DNA of 50,048 nucleotides from an uncultured Clostridia bacterium (GCA_964587785.1 CAZPMG010000001.1:1-50048), one strand, 5' to 3'. Shown: positions 8,621 to 18,169, counted from the stretch's first letter. Notes: generated by a model not told the origin, from the letters alone. Translations and numbers: made by a program.

Positions 8621-10195
8621 CTATAAGTTGTCGGGTAAATCATTTTCAAACAGCACTGTGTCGCCGGGGCGCGCAATTTTGCTAAGCACCGATTGCGCCT
8701 CGGAAAGACTTTGCACGGTAAATATTTTTTCTGCGCTCATGCCGCAGCTGATTGCTCCCACGCGCATAAACGTCGCCCGCGCGCCCACCAGCACGGCATA
8801 GTCGCATACCTTGGCAATCCTCTCGCCAAGCAGCTGGTTTTGCCGGTTTTCCATGTGACCAAGCTCCACCAGCCCGGGCGTGACAATGATTTTATTGCCC
8901 GGAAACTGCGACAGCACCTCGAGCGCCGCCGCGCTGCCGTCCGGACTTGCGTTGTAGCTGTCATCTATTATGTTCAGGCCGCCTGCCGTGATTAGCTGAA
9001 GCCTGTGCGGCACGGGCTCAAGTTCCTCCGCTGCGCGAACTATGCACTGCGCGCTTACGCCCAATTTATATGCCAGGCAGGCGCTCAGCAATATGTTTGT
9101 AAGGCTGTGCCTGCCAAGCAGATGCGTGCGGCATTTTGCGGTTTCGCCGCCAAAATCAAGCGTAAAGCTAAGGCCGTGGCTGCCCGCGGATATATCGCTT
9201 GCATACACACCTCCGCCGCCGTCTAAACTAACTGCTATGCAGCCGGAATATTCCCTGCCCTTAAGGTGCTTTTCTATATGCGTGCTGCCAATATTGAGCA
9301 CGCACGTGCCGTCGTTTCTTTTGAGAAAGTCATACAGCTCAAATTTGGTCTTTGCCACGGTATGCACAGTCTTAAACGTCTGTATATGCTGATGCGCCAC
9401 GGAGGTTATTATACCCCACTGCGGCCGCACAATCGCGCACAGCTTTGCTATATCTCCCTTGCGGCGCGCGCCCATTTCGGCAATAAAGACCTCAGTGCCC
9501 GGCTGCAGCGATGACAACACGCTGCGCGCTATGCCAAGCGGCGTGTTGTAGCTTGCCGGAGTGCTGAGAACATTGTATTTTTTTGCAAGCATTGCGGCAA
9601 GTATGTTTTTTACGCTTGTTTTGCCGAAGCTTCCGGTAATGCCTATACGTATTAAATTTTCCTGGGATTTCAAAGAGCGCGCCGCCCTTGAAGTGTAAGA
9701 GCGCGCAATACAAAGCTCAACCGGTTTAAGCAAATTTACCGCCGCAAACGCAATCGGCGCGCATAGAGCCGGAAGCAATACGCACACCTGCCCAAGCGCC
9801 ATGCACGCAAGTAACGCCGCCGCAAAGTAACCTGCATAGGCGCGTTTTATGCGCGCGGTAAACACCAGCGGCGTCTTTTTTTTGCGTTTGAAATCGCGTG
9901 CCGCCGTAAAAAGCGCAAGCGCCCCGCTTACTCCCAGCGAAATCTCGCCGGATGATGGGACGCCTCTTTGGTAGAGCACGGCAAGCACGCACACGGGAAT
10001 CAGACCCGACGCAAGCGTGAGCGGCGCATAAAACTTGTCAGCGCGCTGGATTTGCCGTAAAAAGTTTTTGTTTTTGTAGCCGGACAGCTGAAGCACCTGA
10101 AAGGGCAGGTAGCTTGCAAGCGCCGCGCACGCACACAGTGCGGCATATAGCGCAAGTGTCAGGGGTATGCTGTCAAAAAAGACTGCGCGCGGCAT
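8621..10195 (-). CDS. murF: MurF-like Mur ligase (UDP-MurNAc-tripeptide--D-Ala-D-Ala ligase family) with a hydrophobic ~150-aa N-terminal region
   Basis: P-loop GITGSFGKTS at aa 185-194. IIDDSYNASPDGSAAALEVL is typical of the MurF C-terminal domain. The gene is next to ddl. Residues 1-155 form about 4 predicted TM segments where the usual soluble N-terminal domain would be. Confidence 0.75.
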   Translation of the reverse strand: MPRAVFFDSIPLTLALYAALCACAALASYLPFQVLQLSGYKNKNFLRQIQRADKFYAPLTLASGLIPVCVLAVLYQRGVPSSGEISLGVSGALALFTAARDFKRKKKTPLVFTARIKRAYAGYFAAALLACMALGQVCVLLPALCAPIAFAAVNLLKPVELCIARSYTSRAARSLKSQENLIRIGITGSFGKTSVKNILAAMLAKKYNVLSTPASYNTPLGIARSVLSSLQPGTEVFIAEMGARRKGDIAKLCAIVRPQWGIITSVAHQHIQTFKTVHTVAKTKFELYDFLKRNDGTCVLNIGSTHIEKHLKGREYSGCIAVSLDGGGGVYASDISAGSHGLSFTLDFGGETAKCRTHLLGRHSLTNILLSACLAYKLGVSAQCIVRAAEELEPVPHRLQLITAGGLNIIDDSYNASPDGSAAALEVLSQFPGNKIIVTPGLVELGHMENRQNQLLGERIAKVCDYAVLVGARATFMRVGAISCGMSAEKIFTVQSLSEAQSVLSKIARPGDTVLFENDLPDNL

Positions 10196-10197
10196 AG

Positions 10198-10941
10198 CTA
10201 CACCCCCAAAAAGCTTTGGGCAATGAGCAGAAACTCGCGCAGGCTGTCAAGATACGCAAAATGGCCGCAGCCTTTCATTACAATCAACGCGCTGCCGCGT
10301 ATGTTTTTTTCAAACGTCTTTGCCATGGAAAGGGGCGTGGCGCGGTCACCGTCTCCGTACACAAGCAGCACGGGCGCCACTACCTTCGGCAGCAGCGTCT
10401 TTAAATTTTGGTTTACTATCTTTACAAACGTGGCCTTCATGGCGGGGCTTAAACTGCGGTAGTCGGACGAGCCGCAGCCGCTTAGGTCTGTGCCCGCAAG
10501 CAATCCGCGTTTTTTTAAAAACTTCTTAAGCTTGTAGCTGTATACCTTAAAATAATAGCGCGGCCCGCGCCGCGGCCTAAGCCCAGCGCAACCGCAGAGC
10601 AGCGCGCGCTTGAACCGATCTGGAAAATTTGCAAGCAGATAGATGGCTATGCGTCCGCCGAAAGAGTGGGCGATTATGTCAGCAGAGCTAATTTTTAGCT
10701 CGTTCATAAGCCCGATTACTGCGCGCGCATAGTCCTCTACGCCGTATGCCGTTTTCGGGTCGTCGCTCTCCCCAAAGCCCGGCAAGTCGGGAGCCACAGC
10801 CATGCGGCCGCGCATTCCGAGTATCACCGGCATAAAACTCTTGTGGCTGCCGCCGAAACCGTGCAGGTATAATATGGGGCTGCCCTCCCCGGAAATATGG
10901 CAGTTTACCGCACAGCCGTCAAGCAAAATCCTCTGCGTCAA
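10198..10941 (-). CDS. Alpha/beta hydrolase fold protein
   Basis: LHGFGGS oxyanion region, the AHSFGG nucleophile elbow, and a C-terminal GCGHF His. The start is a TTG overlapping the rimI end, so the exact start is uncertain. Confidence 0.8.
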   Translation of the reverse strand: MTQRILLDGCAVNCHISGEGSPILYLHGFGGSHKSFMPVILGMRGRMAVAPDLPGFGESDDPKTAYGVEDYARAVIGLMNELKISSADIIAHSFGGRIAIYLLANFPDRFKRALLCGCAGLRPRRGPRYYFKVYSYKLKKFLKKRGLLAGTDLSGCGSSDYRSLSPAMKATFVKIVNQNLKTLLPKVVAPVLLVYGDGDRATPLSMAKTFEKNIRGSALIVMKGCGHFAYLDSLREFLLIAQSFLGV

Positions 10942-11491
10942 ATTCTTTTTTAAGTATTATAGCGTGCCTGTCTTTGCCGTAATAGTCCTTTCTCTGCCCG
11001 ACGCGTTTCAGCCCCGCCGAGGTATACAGACACACCGCCTTTGTGTTTTGTTCCCCGACCTCTAAGAAAATTGAGGTCAGCTTTTGAGCTTTTGCGCTGT
11101 CGCACAGGGCATTTAGGATAAGCCTTCCCAAGCCCTTGCCCTGATTTTCCGGACTGACGGCAATGTTGGAAATCTCCGCCGCATCGCCCGTCTTGTAGTA
11201 ACCGCCGTACGCAAGCAACCTCCCGTCATGTTCATATACAAGGCAGGTATAATTCGGGTTGCTGTACGCACTTGCCAGCATAGCGCGGTTCCAAGGGCAG
11301 TCAATGAGCTGACGCTCAAGGTTCTCTACTTCGTCAAAGTCGCCCTCTGTCCATGCGCGTAGAGTTCCGCCTGCGAAGTTTTGGTTTGCCGCTGCTTTGG
11401 CATCGGCGCAGCTTTGACTTGCCGCGCGTTTGACATCGGCGCAGCTTTGGCGATTGTCCGCTTTTTTTGCGGAATCATTGCCCCCTTTCAC
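10919..11491 (-). CDS. rimI: Ribosomal-protein-alanine N-acetyltransferase (GNAT) with an N-terminal extension
   Basis: GNAT core (IAVSPENQGKGLGRLIL) and the tsaE-tsaB-rimI context. The GTG start overlaps the tsaB stop (GTGA). A ~45-aa N-terminal extension contains an in-frame 33-bp tandem repeat. Confidence 0.8.
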   Translation of the reverse strand: MKGGNDSAKKADNRQSCADVKRAASQSCADAKAAANQNFAGGTLRAWTEGDFDEVENLERQLIDCPWNRAMLASAYSNPNYTCLVYEHDGRLLAYGGYYKTGDAAEISNIAVSPENQGKGLGRLILNALCDSAKAQKLTSIFLEVGEQNTKAVCLYTSAGLKRVGQRKDYYGKDRHAIILKKEFDAEDFA

Positions 11492-12246
11492 TGCGCGCTC
11501 CGCTTTTTAAGGTTTTCCTCTGCCTGGCTTACGCGCACATACAGCGGAGCAAGTTTGTTTGCGTCGCCCGTGCCCTCGCGGGCTACTTTTGCGCGGGCGC
11601 ACGCCGCAAGATTTTGAGCGGCATCAATTATGGGCAGGCTATCAATTTCTGAGGGAATAGCTGTATCGGTGTATATGCGTACATTGGGATGCGCCGCGGC
11701 TATTTCCGCAAACTCATCAAACTCACAAACCGACGGCGGCAGAATTTCTGCGCCGCTTGCGCCGTATACGCCGTAATACAGCTTTTGATTGCCTGCGTCG
11801 CGCACCGTTAAGCGGGCGCTATTTACATTATATGCAGGGTACTGCAAACTGTTTACCTCCACAGCGGCCGCACCCGTAATTTGGCAGAACGCGCGCACGG
11901 TGGTTACGCCTATCCGTATGCCGGTAAACGAACCCGGGCCGGTTACGCAGCAAAAGCAATCTATATCAAACAGGTTAAGTCCGGCACGTGCGAGCACTTG
12001 TTCAACGCCGGGCAGCAATATCTGCGAATGCTTGCGCTGGCTTGCGGGAACCTCTAAATAGATATCCTCAAAAGCACTCTCGCTGTCTTTTGACGCATCT
12101 TTCTCTGCGCCTTTATATGCGTTTTCCTTTGTGTCTTTTTCTGTGTTTATGCCGCCTGCTATGTTTTGCGCCGCCGTACTTTCTGCGTATTCTGTGAGCG
12201 CAATCACCAAATCCTGCCCGGACGTGTCTATGCAAAGCATCTTCAT
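11488..12246 (-). CDS. tsaB: tRNA t6A37 biosynthesis protein TsaB
   Basis: MKMLCIDTSGQDLVIAL and VTGPGSFTGIRIG motifs. The ATG at 12246 overlaps the tsaE stop (ATGA). The ORF-track start at 12348 is an upstream extension inside tsaE. Confidence 0.85.
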   Translation of the reverse strand: MKMLCIDTSGQDLVIALTEYAESTAAQNIAGGINTEKDTKENAYKGAEKDASKDSESAFEDIYLEVPASQRKHSQILLPGVEQVLARAGLNLFDIDCFCCVTGPGSFTGIRIGVTTVRAFCQITGAAAVEVNSLQYPAYNVNSARLTVRDAGNQKLYYGVYGASGAEILPPSVCEFDEFAEIAAAHPNVRIYTDTAIPSEIDSLPIIDAAQNLAACARAKVAREGTGDANKLAPLYVRVSQAEENLKKRSAQ

Positions 12247-12653
12247 ATGATTTCTATCTCCCTGCCGTCCTCGGTCTTTTGGATTTTTACCGTTATATAT
12301 TCCTTGGGCAAAAGTCCCGGTATGCGCTCTGCCCACTCGATTACGCACACGCCGCCAGAGCTGCCCAAAAGTTCGGTTATGCCCGTTTCCTCGGCTTCAT
12401 CCTGACTGTGCAGGCGGTACATATCAAAGTGGTGCATATTCAGCCTGCCGCTGTAGCTTGCGCCTATGGTAAATGTGGGGCTGACAACCGTCTGTTTTAT
12501 GCCAAGCCCCTCGGCTATGCCCTTTGCAAACACCGTCTTGCCTGCGCCCATGTCTCCTCTGAGCACGATAACCTCGCCGCCCCTCAGCGTCGCCGCAAGC
12601 CGCCGTGCCGCCGCGCGCGTACCTCTTTCGGTTTTTGTTGTGATAATTTTCAT
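12243..12653 (-). CDS. tsaE: tRNA t6A37 biosynthesis ATPase TsaE
   Basis: 136 aa. GDMGAGKT Walker A, then SPTF...HFDMYRL. Confidence 0.9.
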   Translation of the reverse strand: MKIITTKTERGTRAAARRLAATLRGGEVIVLRGDMGAGKTVFAKGIAEGLGIKQTVVSPTFTIGASYSGRLNMHHFDMYRLHSQDEAEETGITELLGSSGGVCVIEWAERIPGLLPKEYITVKIQKTEDGREIEII

Positions 12654-12788
12654 TGCCGTATATCCGCCCTTTTGCGGGAGTAAATCGTCCGCCTGTAAAA
12701 GCGAAGTTATGTAATTTGAAGTTTATGTAATCTAAGGTAGCAGCTAAAATTTTGTATTATGGCTTATCTTTAATGCCGCAAGCTATTG

Positions 12789-13448
12789 TCAATACGTGCC
12801 GTTGTGAGTTAATCCGCCGGCTATTGCAACGCCTGCGCTGGTGCCTATCCTCTGCGCACCGGCATTTATCATTGCTCGCGCGTCATCTAAGGTGCGCACT
12901 CCGCCCGCTGCCTTTACCTTGATTTTTCCGCCGCACACCGATGCCAGCAGCGCTACGTTTTCCACCGTGGCTCCCTGTCCGAAATAGCCCGTTGACGTCT
13001 TGACGAACGCCGCACCGCCCTCTATGCAGCACTGCGCCGCGCGTATAATCTCCCGCTCGGTCAAAAGCGCGGTCTCAATTATCACTTTTACAGGCACGCC
13101 CGCCGCCGCAGTGACAGCGGCTATGTCAGCCGTCACCGCCTGCCAATCGCCCTGCTTTGCCGCGGATATGCGCATAACCATATCGATTTCCTGCGCGCCC
13201 AGACCGACGGACACGCGCGCGGAACTTGCCTTTATCTCGGTGACGTCCTCTCCGAACGGAAAGCCCGCCACCGTGCAAACCTTTGCCGCCCCCGACAGCA
13301 GCGCCGCCGCGCGCGCTACCTGTGCCGGATGCACTACCACCGTTGCAAAGCCGTACTTTGCGGCCTCGGCGCAGTGCCGCTGTAAGTCCTCTGCCGTGAT
13401 ATCCTGCCTAAGCAGCGTATGGTCTATGATTTTTAATATATCGTTCAT
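12789..13448 (-). CDS. deoC: Deoxyribose-phosphate aldolase
   Basis: IDHTLL N-terminus, the FVKTSTG Schiff-base lysine region, and 219 aa. GAGGAA SD. Confidence 0.92.
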   Translation of the reverse strand: MNDILKIIDHTLLRQDITAEDLQRHCAEAAKYGFATVVVHPAQVARAAALLSGAAKVCTVAGFPFGEDVTEIKASSARVSVGLGAQEIDMVMRISAAKQGDWQAVTADIAAVTAAAGVPVKVIIETALLTEREIIRAAQCCIEGGAAFVKTSTGYFGQGATVENVALLASVCGGKIKVKAAGGVRTLDDARAMINAGAQRIGTSAGVAIAGGLTHNGTY

Positions 13449-13484
13449 ATCAGTTTCCTCTGTTTGTCTTTGTAAATATGCTTA

Positions 13485-13520
13485 AACCGCAGTGCGGCCT
13501 CACCATGAGCCGCCGCGGTT
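13485..13520 (-). terminator. Candidate terminator hairpin after pdp
   Basis: AACCGC...GCGGC / GCCGC...GCGGTT interrupted stem. Only a weak U-run follows on the minus strand. Confidence 0.35.
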
Positions 13521-13558
13521 AACCGTTAAATATTTATTATATTGGCGGAATCTTATTA

Positions 13559-14884
13559 TTAATAATATTGCACATTGCCCTTACCGTCTGCATATGCGTA
13601 AAACAGCGGAGCGGGCTTTTTGCGCCGGCTTGATAGCTTATAGCTCTTTTCAACAAGCTCCGCCGCGCGCTCAAGACGCTCCGGCTTTGAGGTATAGAGC
13701 GTTGCTACAACTTGGCCGTGCTCAATCTCGCCGCCTATTTCCGGCGAATAGACCAAGCCCGCGCCAAGGTCAATCTTGCTGTCCTTGTCCTCACGGCCGC
13801 CGCCCAGCGCCACGCAGGACATACCCACCAGCATACTGTCTATGGCGCTTACAAATCCGCTGCTTTGGCTGATAACCTCTAAGGTGTGCGGTGCATTTTT
13901 AAGTTTCTCGGGATTTTCCAGCACGGATATATCTCCGCCCTGCAGCTTTGCCATGCTGCAAAAGCTTTCAAACGCCGCGCCGCTTAATATTGCGCGCTCA
14001 AAGAGCTTGCCTCCGTCCTCTATGCCGGCAAGCTCTGCCATGCGGCGGGCAAGTTCATGCGTAACCGCATAGAGCGGAGTTTTAAGTGCTTGCTCCTGCG
14101 CGCGCAGCACACCGAGCGCGGCCTTCATCTCTAAGTTGCAGCCGATATAGGGAGTGAGCGGCTGCTGCATGGACGAAACAAGGCAAGCCGTGCGCCTGCC
14201 CGCGCCCGCGCCTATGCCTGCCATAAGCTTTGAAAGCTCAAGCGCCTTTGAGCGTGTCTTCATGAACGCGCCCGATCCGTATTTTACGTCAAGCAGCAGC
14301 ACATGGCTGCCGCCCGCAAGCTTTTTGCTCATTACGCTGGAGGCGATGAGCGGCAGGCTGTCTACAGTGGCGGTCACGTCGCGCAGCGCATAAAGCCGCT
14401 TGTCCGCCGGGGCGAGCGTGCTGCCCGCCGACATTATCACCGCGCCGCAAGCTTCTATTATGCTGTTGCGCTCCTCTGTTGTAAACTCTGTTTTTATGCC
14501 GGGAATGCACTCAAGCTTGTCTATTGTGCCGCCGGTAAAGCCAAGGCCGCGGCCGGACGCCTTGAGCACTTTCAAGCCCATTGCCGCAAGCGCGGGGACG
14601 AGTATCAACGTTGTGGAATCGCTCACGCCGCCGGTGCTGTGTTTGTCGCACAGCAGTCCGGATATGCCGCTTACGTCAGTTTGCCCGCCGGAATCCGCCA
14701 TTGACCGGGTGAGCGCAAGCGTCTCCTCTGCGTTCATGCCGCGCAGCCGGATTGCCATCAACAGCGCGGCAAGCTGGTAGTCGGGTATGCTGCCGTCCGC
14801 CGCGCCTCGCGCTATAAAGTCGGTTTCAGAGGAGCTTAGAGCTTTGCCCAGCTTTTTCTTTTCGATAATCTGTAAAATATCCAT
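13559..14884 (-). CDS. pdp: Pyrimidine-nucleoside (thymidine) phosphorylase
   Basis: DKHSTGGVSD motif. The family-typical N-terminus MDILQIIEKKK is at the ATG at 14884. The ORF-track start at 14905 adds 7 aa and is an alternative. Confidence 0.9.
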   Translation of the reverse strand: MDILQIIEKKKLGKALSSSETDFIARGAADGSIPDYQLAALLMAIRLRGMNAEETLALTRSMADSGGQTDVSGISGLLCDKHSTGGVSDSTTLILVPALAAMGLKVLKASGRGLGFTGGTIDKLECIPGIKTEFTTEERNSIIEACGAVIMSAGSTLAPADKRLYALRDVTATVDSLPLIASSVMSKKLAGGSHVLLLDVKYGSGAFMKTRSKALELSKLMAGIGAGAGRRTACLVSSMQQPLTPYIGCNLEMKAALGVLRAQEQALKTPLYAVTHELARRMAELAGIEDGGKLFERAILSGAAFESFCSMAKLQGGDISVLENPEKLKNAPHTLEVISQSSGFVSAIDSMLVGMSCVALGGGREDKDSKIDLGAGLVYSPEIGGEIEHGQVVATLYTSKPERLERAAELVEKSYKLSSRRKKPAPLFYAYADGKGNVQYY

Positions 14885-15000
14885 GACAGCTTTCACTCCT
14901 GCCATATAGGCGGCTATTTGATGCGGTGGCTACCCTATGCTTATTATGTCACTTTAAACCCGTGCTTTTTCCGCATAAACGATGTTGCTGCGGTTAATAC

Positions 15001-16263
15001 TCACTGCTTTGCCTGCTCCCTGACCTCAGGCGCAAGCGCGCGTATGTCCTGACCTGAGGGGTGCTGATACAGCTTTAGACCAAAATACGGCATTACCGCA
15101 AATAGGTGGTCGAATATGTCGGATACGATTTCCTCGTGCGGGGTTACCGAGGTCTCCGTTGTAAAGGTGTAAATCTCAAGCGGAATGCCCTCCATGCCAG
15201 GCTCTAACTGGCGTACGAACATGAGCATATCCTTGCGGGTCTTGGGGTGAGCCTTGATGTATTCCAGCACGTACCTGCGGAATATGCCTATGTTTGTCAA
15301 CCTGCGTCCGTTTACAGGCATGGATTCGTCTACGCCGTGCTCAAGGTTGTGGTCACGGATTTCCTTGCTGCGCTCATCTATATAGCCGCTTATAAGGTGA
15401 ATCCTTTTAAGCTCTGCAAGCGTTTCAGGCGGGCAAAAGCCTATGCTTGCGGCGTCTATGCGCAGCGCGCGCTTTAGACGCCTGCCGCCGGAATCAAACA
15501 TATTCCGCCAGTTTTTGAAGGAATCGGACACCAAGGCATAGGCGGGCACCGTGGTTATTGTGTTGTCAAAGTTGCGCACCTTTATTACGGTGAGCGATAT
15601 GTGCGTGACAAATCCGTCCGCGCCGTACTTGGGCATGTCTATCCAGTCGCCGATGCGCACGAGGTCGTTCGCCTCCATCTGCACGCCTGCCACCAAGCCC
15701 AATATGGCATCACGGAACACCAGCAGGATTATTGCGGAGAGCGCGCCGAGCGCACTCAGCACATATACCGGACTTTCGCCCATGAGCGACGCAGCGGTCA
15801 GCACCACTGCAACCGTGTATGCTGAAAACTTTATTATGCGTAAAAAGCCTTTTACCGAATGACGCTGCGACGCTCCGGGTTTTCCCTTTGAATAATTTGC
15901 GTTGAACACATCCAAAAACGCACTCAAAGCGGCTGCCGCGCCCAATGAAAGATATATGCCCGCGACTGTCTTTACCGCGGTTTCAAGATGAGGGAGCGTT
16001 CGTGCAAGCGCGTATATGGCAATGCCGGGTATGAGCAAAGACAAGCGCCTTGCGGCCTTGGCATACACTCTTTTTACCTCGTCACTTTCTGCCCGCGGCG
16101 AAATCAACCGCTTTGCCACTGCCTTGACGGCAAAATACAGGATAAAGCTGAGCAGCAGCGCGCAAACCAACGCCGCCCACTGCGAAAATATCGCGCGAGC
16201 CTGCTCTTCAAGCCCCAAATTGTCGTAAAGGCCGGACAGCCAACCGTTAAAAAGCTCTACCAT
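15001..16263 (-). CDS. Mechanosensitive ion channel (MscS family) protein
   Basis: N-terminal TM helices followed by the MscS beta-domain pattern (VRIGDWI...G.V..I.L..T.I...DN..I.VPN-like). The ATG at 16263 has a GGAGGGG SD. The track start at 16302 is a TTG. Confidence 0.8.
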   Translation of the reverse strand: MVELFNGWLSGLYDNLGLEEQARAIFSQWAALVCALLLSFILYFAVKAVAKRLISPRAESDEVKRVYAKAARRLSLLIPGIAIYALARTLPHLETAVKTVAGIYLSLGAAAALSAFLDVFNANYSKGKPGASQRHSVKGFLRIIKFSAYTVAVVLTAASLMGESPVYVLSALGALSAIILLVFRDAILGLVAGVQMEANDLVRIGDWIDMPKYGADGFVTHISLTVIKVRNFDNTITTVPAYALVSDSFKNWRNMFDSGGRRLKRALRIDAASIGFCPPETLAELKRIHLISGYIDERSKEIRDHNLEHGVDESMPVNGRRLTNIGIFRRYVLEYIKAHPKTRKDMLMFVRQLEPGMEGIPLEIYTFTTETSVTPHEEIVSDIFDHLFAVMPYFGLKLYQHPSGQDIRALAPEVREQAKQ

Positions 16264-16384
16264 ATTTCCCCTCCGAACAACCGCACTATGCCGATTTAAC
16301 AATAAAACGCTACGATTACTTAATCCGCCGCATGCTTAATTCACACACGCAAACGCAAGCCTGTTTACCGCAAAAACCAACACA

Positions 16385-16413
16385 CGCCCGGCGGTATCAG
16401 CCGATGCCGGGCG
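16385..16413 (-). terminator. Candidate intrinsic terminator after lysA
   Basis: CGCCCGGC / GCCGGGCG 8-bp stem, followed on the minus strand by GTGTTGGTTTTTG. Confidence 0.5.
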
Positions 16414-16589
16414 CGCGGATATATAACTATATTACTAAAGGCTTGCTTTTCCGCTTTAATGAAAGCCGTCAAGCGATTTTTGCCGATTGATTATATTATG
16501 CCGCATATGCCTTTTTATATATGCGCCGCGGAAAAATTGCTGCAAATTACTTCAGCCGCGGTTATGCAGCCGCATGGCAGTCAATCGGG

Positions 16590-17906
16590 TTATTCCAAAA
16601 CTATATCGTCCGCGTCATTTCTTGCTATATCCTCATATGTCTGCGGACGCACAAGATAACCGCTTTTGCCGCCCTTGCAGATTACCGTGGGCGGAACAAG
16701 GTTGCGGTTGTAATTGCTTGCCATGGAATAGTTGTATGCGCCTGTGGAAAAAACCGCAAGCACGTCGCCGCGCTTTGCGGCAGGCAGGCGCGCTTCCTCT
16801 ATTAATATGTCGCCGCTCTCGCAGCACTTGCCGGCTATTGTCACGGTCTCTTGGGCAGGCTCGTCCATGCGGGCGGCAAGCGCAGCCGTATATTTTGCCT
16901 GGTACAGGCTGTAGCGGGGATTCTCAAACATTCCGCCGTCTACGGCGATATATTTTTTTACGCCCTTGATTTCCTTTATGCTGCCCACCGTATAAAGCGT
17001 AACGCCTGCCTCTGCCACGATTGCGCGGCCGGGCTCAAGCACCAATGCCGGACGGGGCATTCCCCTCTTTTGCGCGGCGTCTGTAAGCGCCTCGGACAGG
17101 CGGGCGACAAGCTCGGCATAACCGCCTGCCGTGCGCTTGAGGTCGCCGCCGGCATAGTAAACGCCGAATCCGCCGCCAAGGTTAAGCTCGCTTGCCCAAA
17201 CGCCCAAATCTTTGTGTAAGCTGACAATGAAATCAAGCAGCACGCCGAGCGCTATCTCGAAGGGCTTGAAGTCAAAAATCTGCGAGCCTATGTGGCAGTG
17301 TATTCCCGCATAGTCAAGGTTTTTGCAGCCGGCGGCAAGCGCCACCGCTTGGGCGGCCTCACCGGACGCCACAGAGAAACCAAACTTGGAATCCGTGCGC
17401 GCCGTCTGTATATAGTGGTGGGTGTGCGCCTCTACTCCGGGGTTGACGCGCACAAGCACTTTTTGCCGCCTGCCTGCCTTTTCGGACAGTCCGTCAAGCA
17501 GCGTTATTTCGTCTAAGCTGTCAACAACTATGCAGTGCACGCCGCTCTCAAGGGCGTAGCTTAGCTCCTGCGGGGTTTTGTTGTTGCCGTGGAAGTAGAT
17601 GTTGCCTGCGCTCATGCCGCCTGCAAGCGCTGTGTAAAGCTCGCCGCCGGACACCACGTCCGCGCCCAAACCTTCCTCTGCCATAATTTTATATATGCCT
17701 TTTGCGCAGTATGCCTTGGAGGCATACAGCACCTTTTGCACGCCGCCGTCCGACGTTGCCTGCATATATGCGCGGCACATCCGGCGGATATGTTCCTCGT
17801 CAAGCACGTACAAGGGCGTGCCGTATCGCTCGGCAAGGCTGCTTGCGCTGCATCCGCCGATATGTAATACACCGTCAATTACGCTCAAAGTATCTCTCAA
17901 AAACAT
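16590..17906 (-). CDS. lysA: Diaminopimelate decarboxylase
   Basis: 438 aa. PLP-dependent group IV decarboxylase pattern: YASKAY, HCHIGSQ, GGGFG and CESGD. Confidence 0.92.
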   Translation of the reverse strand: MFLRDTLSVIDGVLHIGGCSASSLAERYGTPLYVLDEEHIRRMCRAYMQATSDGGVQKVLYASKAYCAKGIYKIMAEEGLGADVVSGGELYTALAGGMSAGNIYFHGNNKTPQELSYALESGVHCIVVDSLDEITLLDGLSEKAGRRQKVLVRVNPGVEAHTHHYIQTARTDSKFGFSVASGEAAQAVALAAGCKNLDYAGIHCHIGSQIFDFKPFEIALGVLLDFIVSLHKDLGVWASELNLGGGFGVYYAGGDLKRTAGGYAELVARLSEALTDAAQKRGMPRPALVLEPGRAIVAEAGVTLYTVGSIKEIKGVKKYIAVDGGMFENPRYSLYQAKYTAALAARMDEPAQETVTIAGKCCESGDILIEEARLPAAKRGDVLAVFSTGAYNYSMASNYNRNLVPPTVICKGGKSGYLVRPQTYEDIARNDADDIVLE

Positions 17907-18036
17907 TACGGTATTCCCGCGGCCGTAAATTTTTTTTTGCGTGGCCGCTTAAGTTATTTTAACAAATATACGGGCAGACTGTCAAACAAACAGCACTTAA
18001 ACTGATATATTGCAGTCTAAACCGCACTATAACGCA

Positions 18037-18069
18037 CTCTGCCCCAGCGTTTAAACCGGCGGGGCAGAG
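18037..18069 (-). terminator. Hairpin downstream of the ABC exporter operon (possible terminator)
   Basis: CTCTGCCCC / GGGGCAGAG 9-bp stem with a 15-nt loop and a poor U-tract. Confidence 0.3.
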
Positions 18070-18169
18070 CGAAGCATTACTTAGACAATTTTCTGCTGCT
18101 GATTGCAGTATATTTGCTGCATCCGACATTAATATTGCATTATGCTTTTGCCGTGCGAAACTCCCTCTG

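Noticed and set aside
17907-18169. Possible lysine (L-box) riboswitch upstream of lysA
   Set aside because: I read the minus-strand leader and found only a 9-bp hairpin (18037-18069), which is more likely the ABC operon terminator. None of the conserved L-box blocks I remember are present, and the region is too short and too AT-rich between hairpins.
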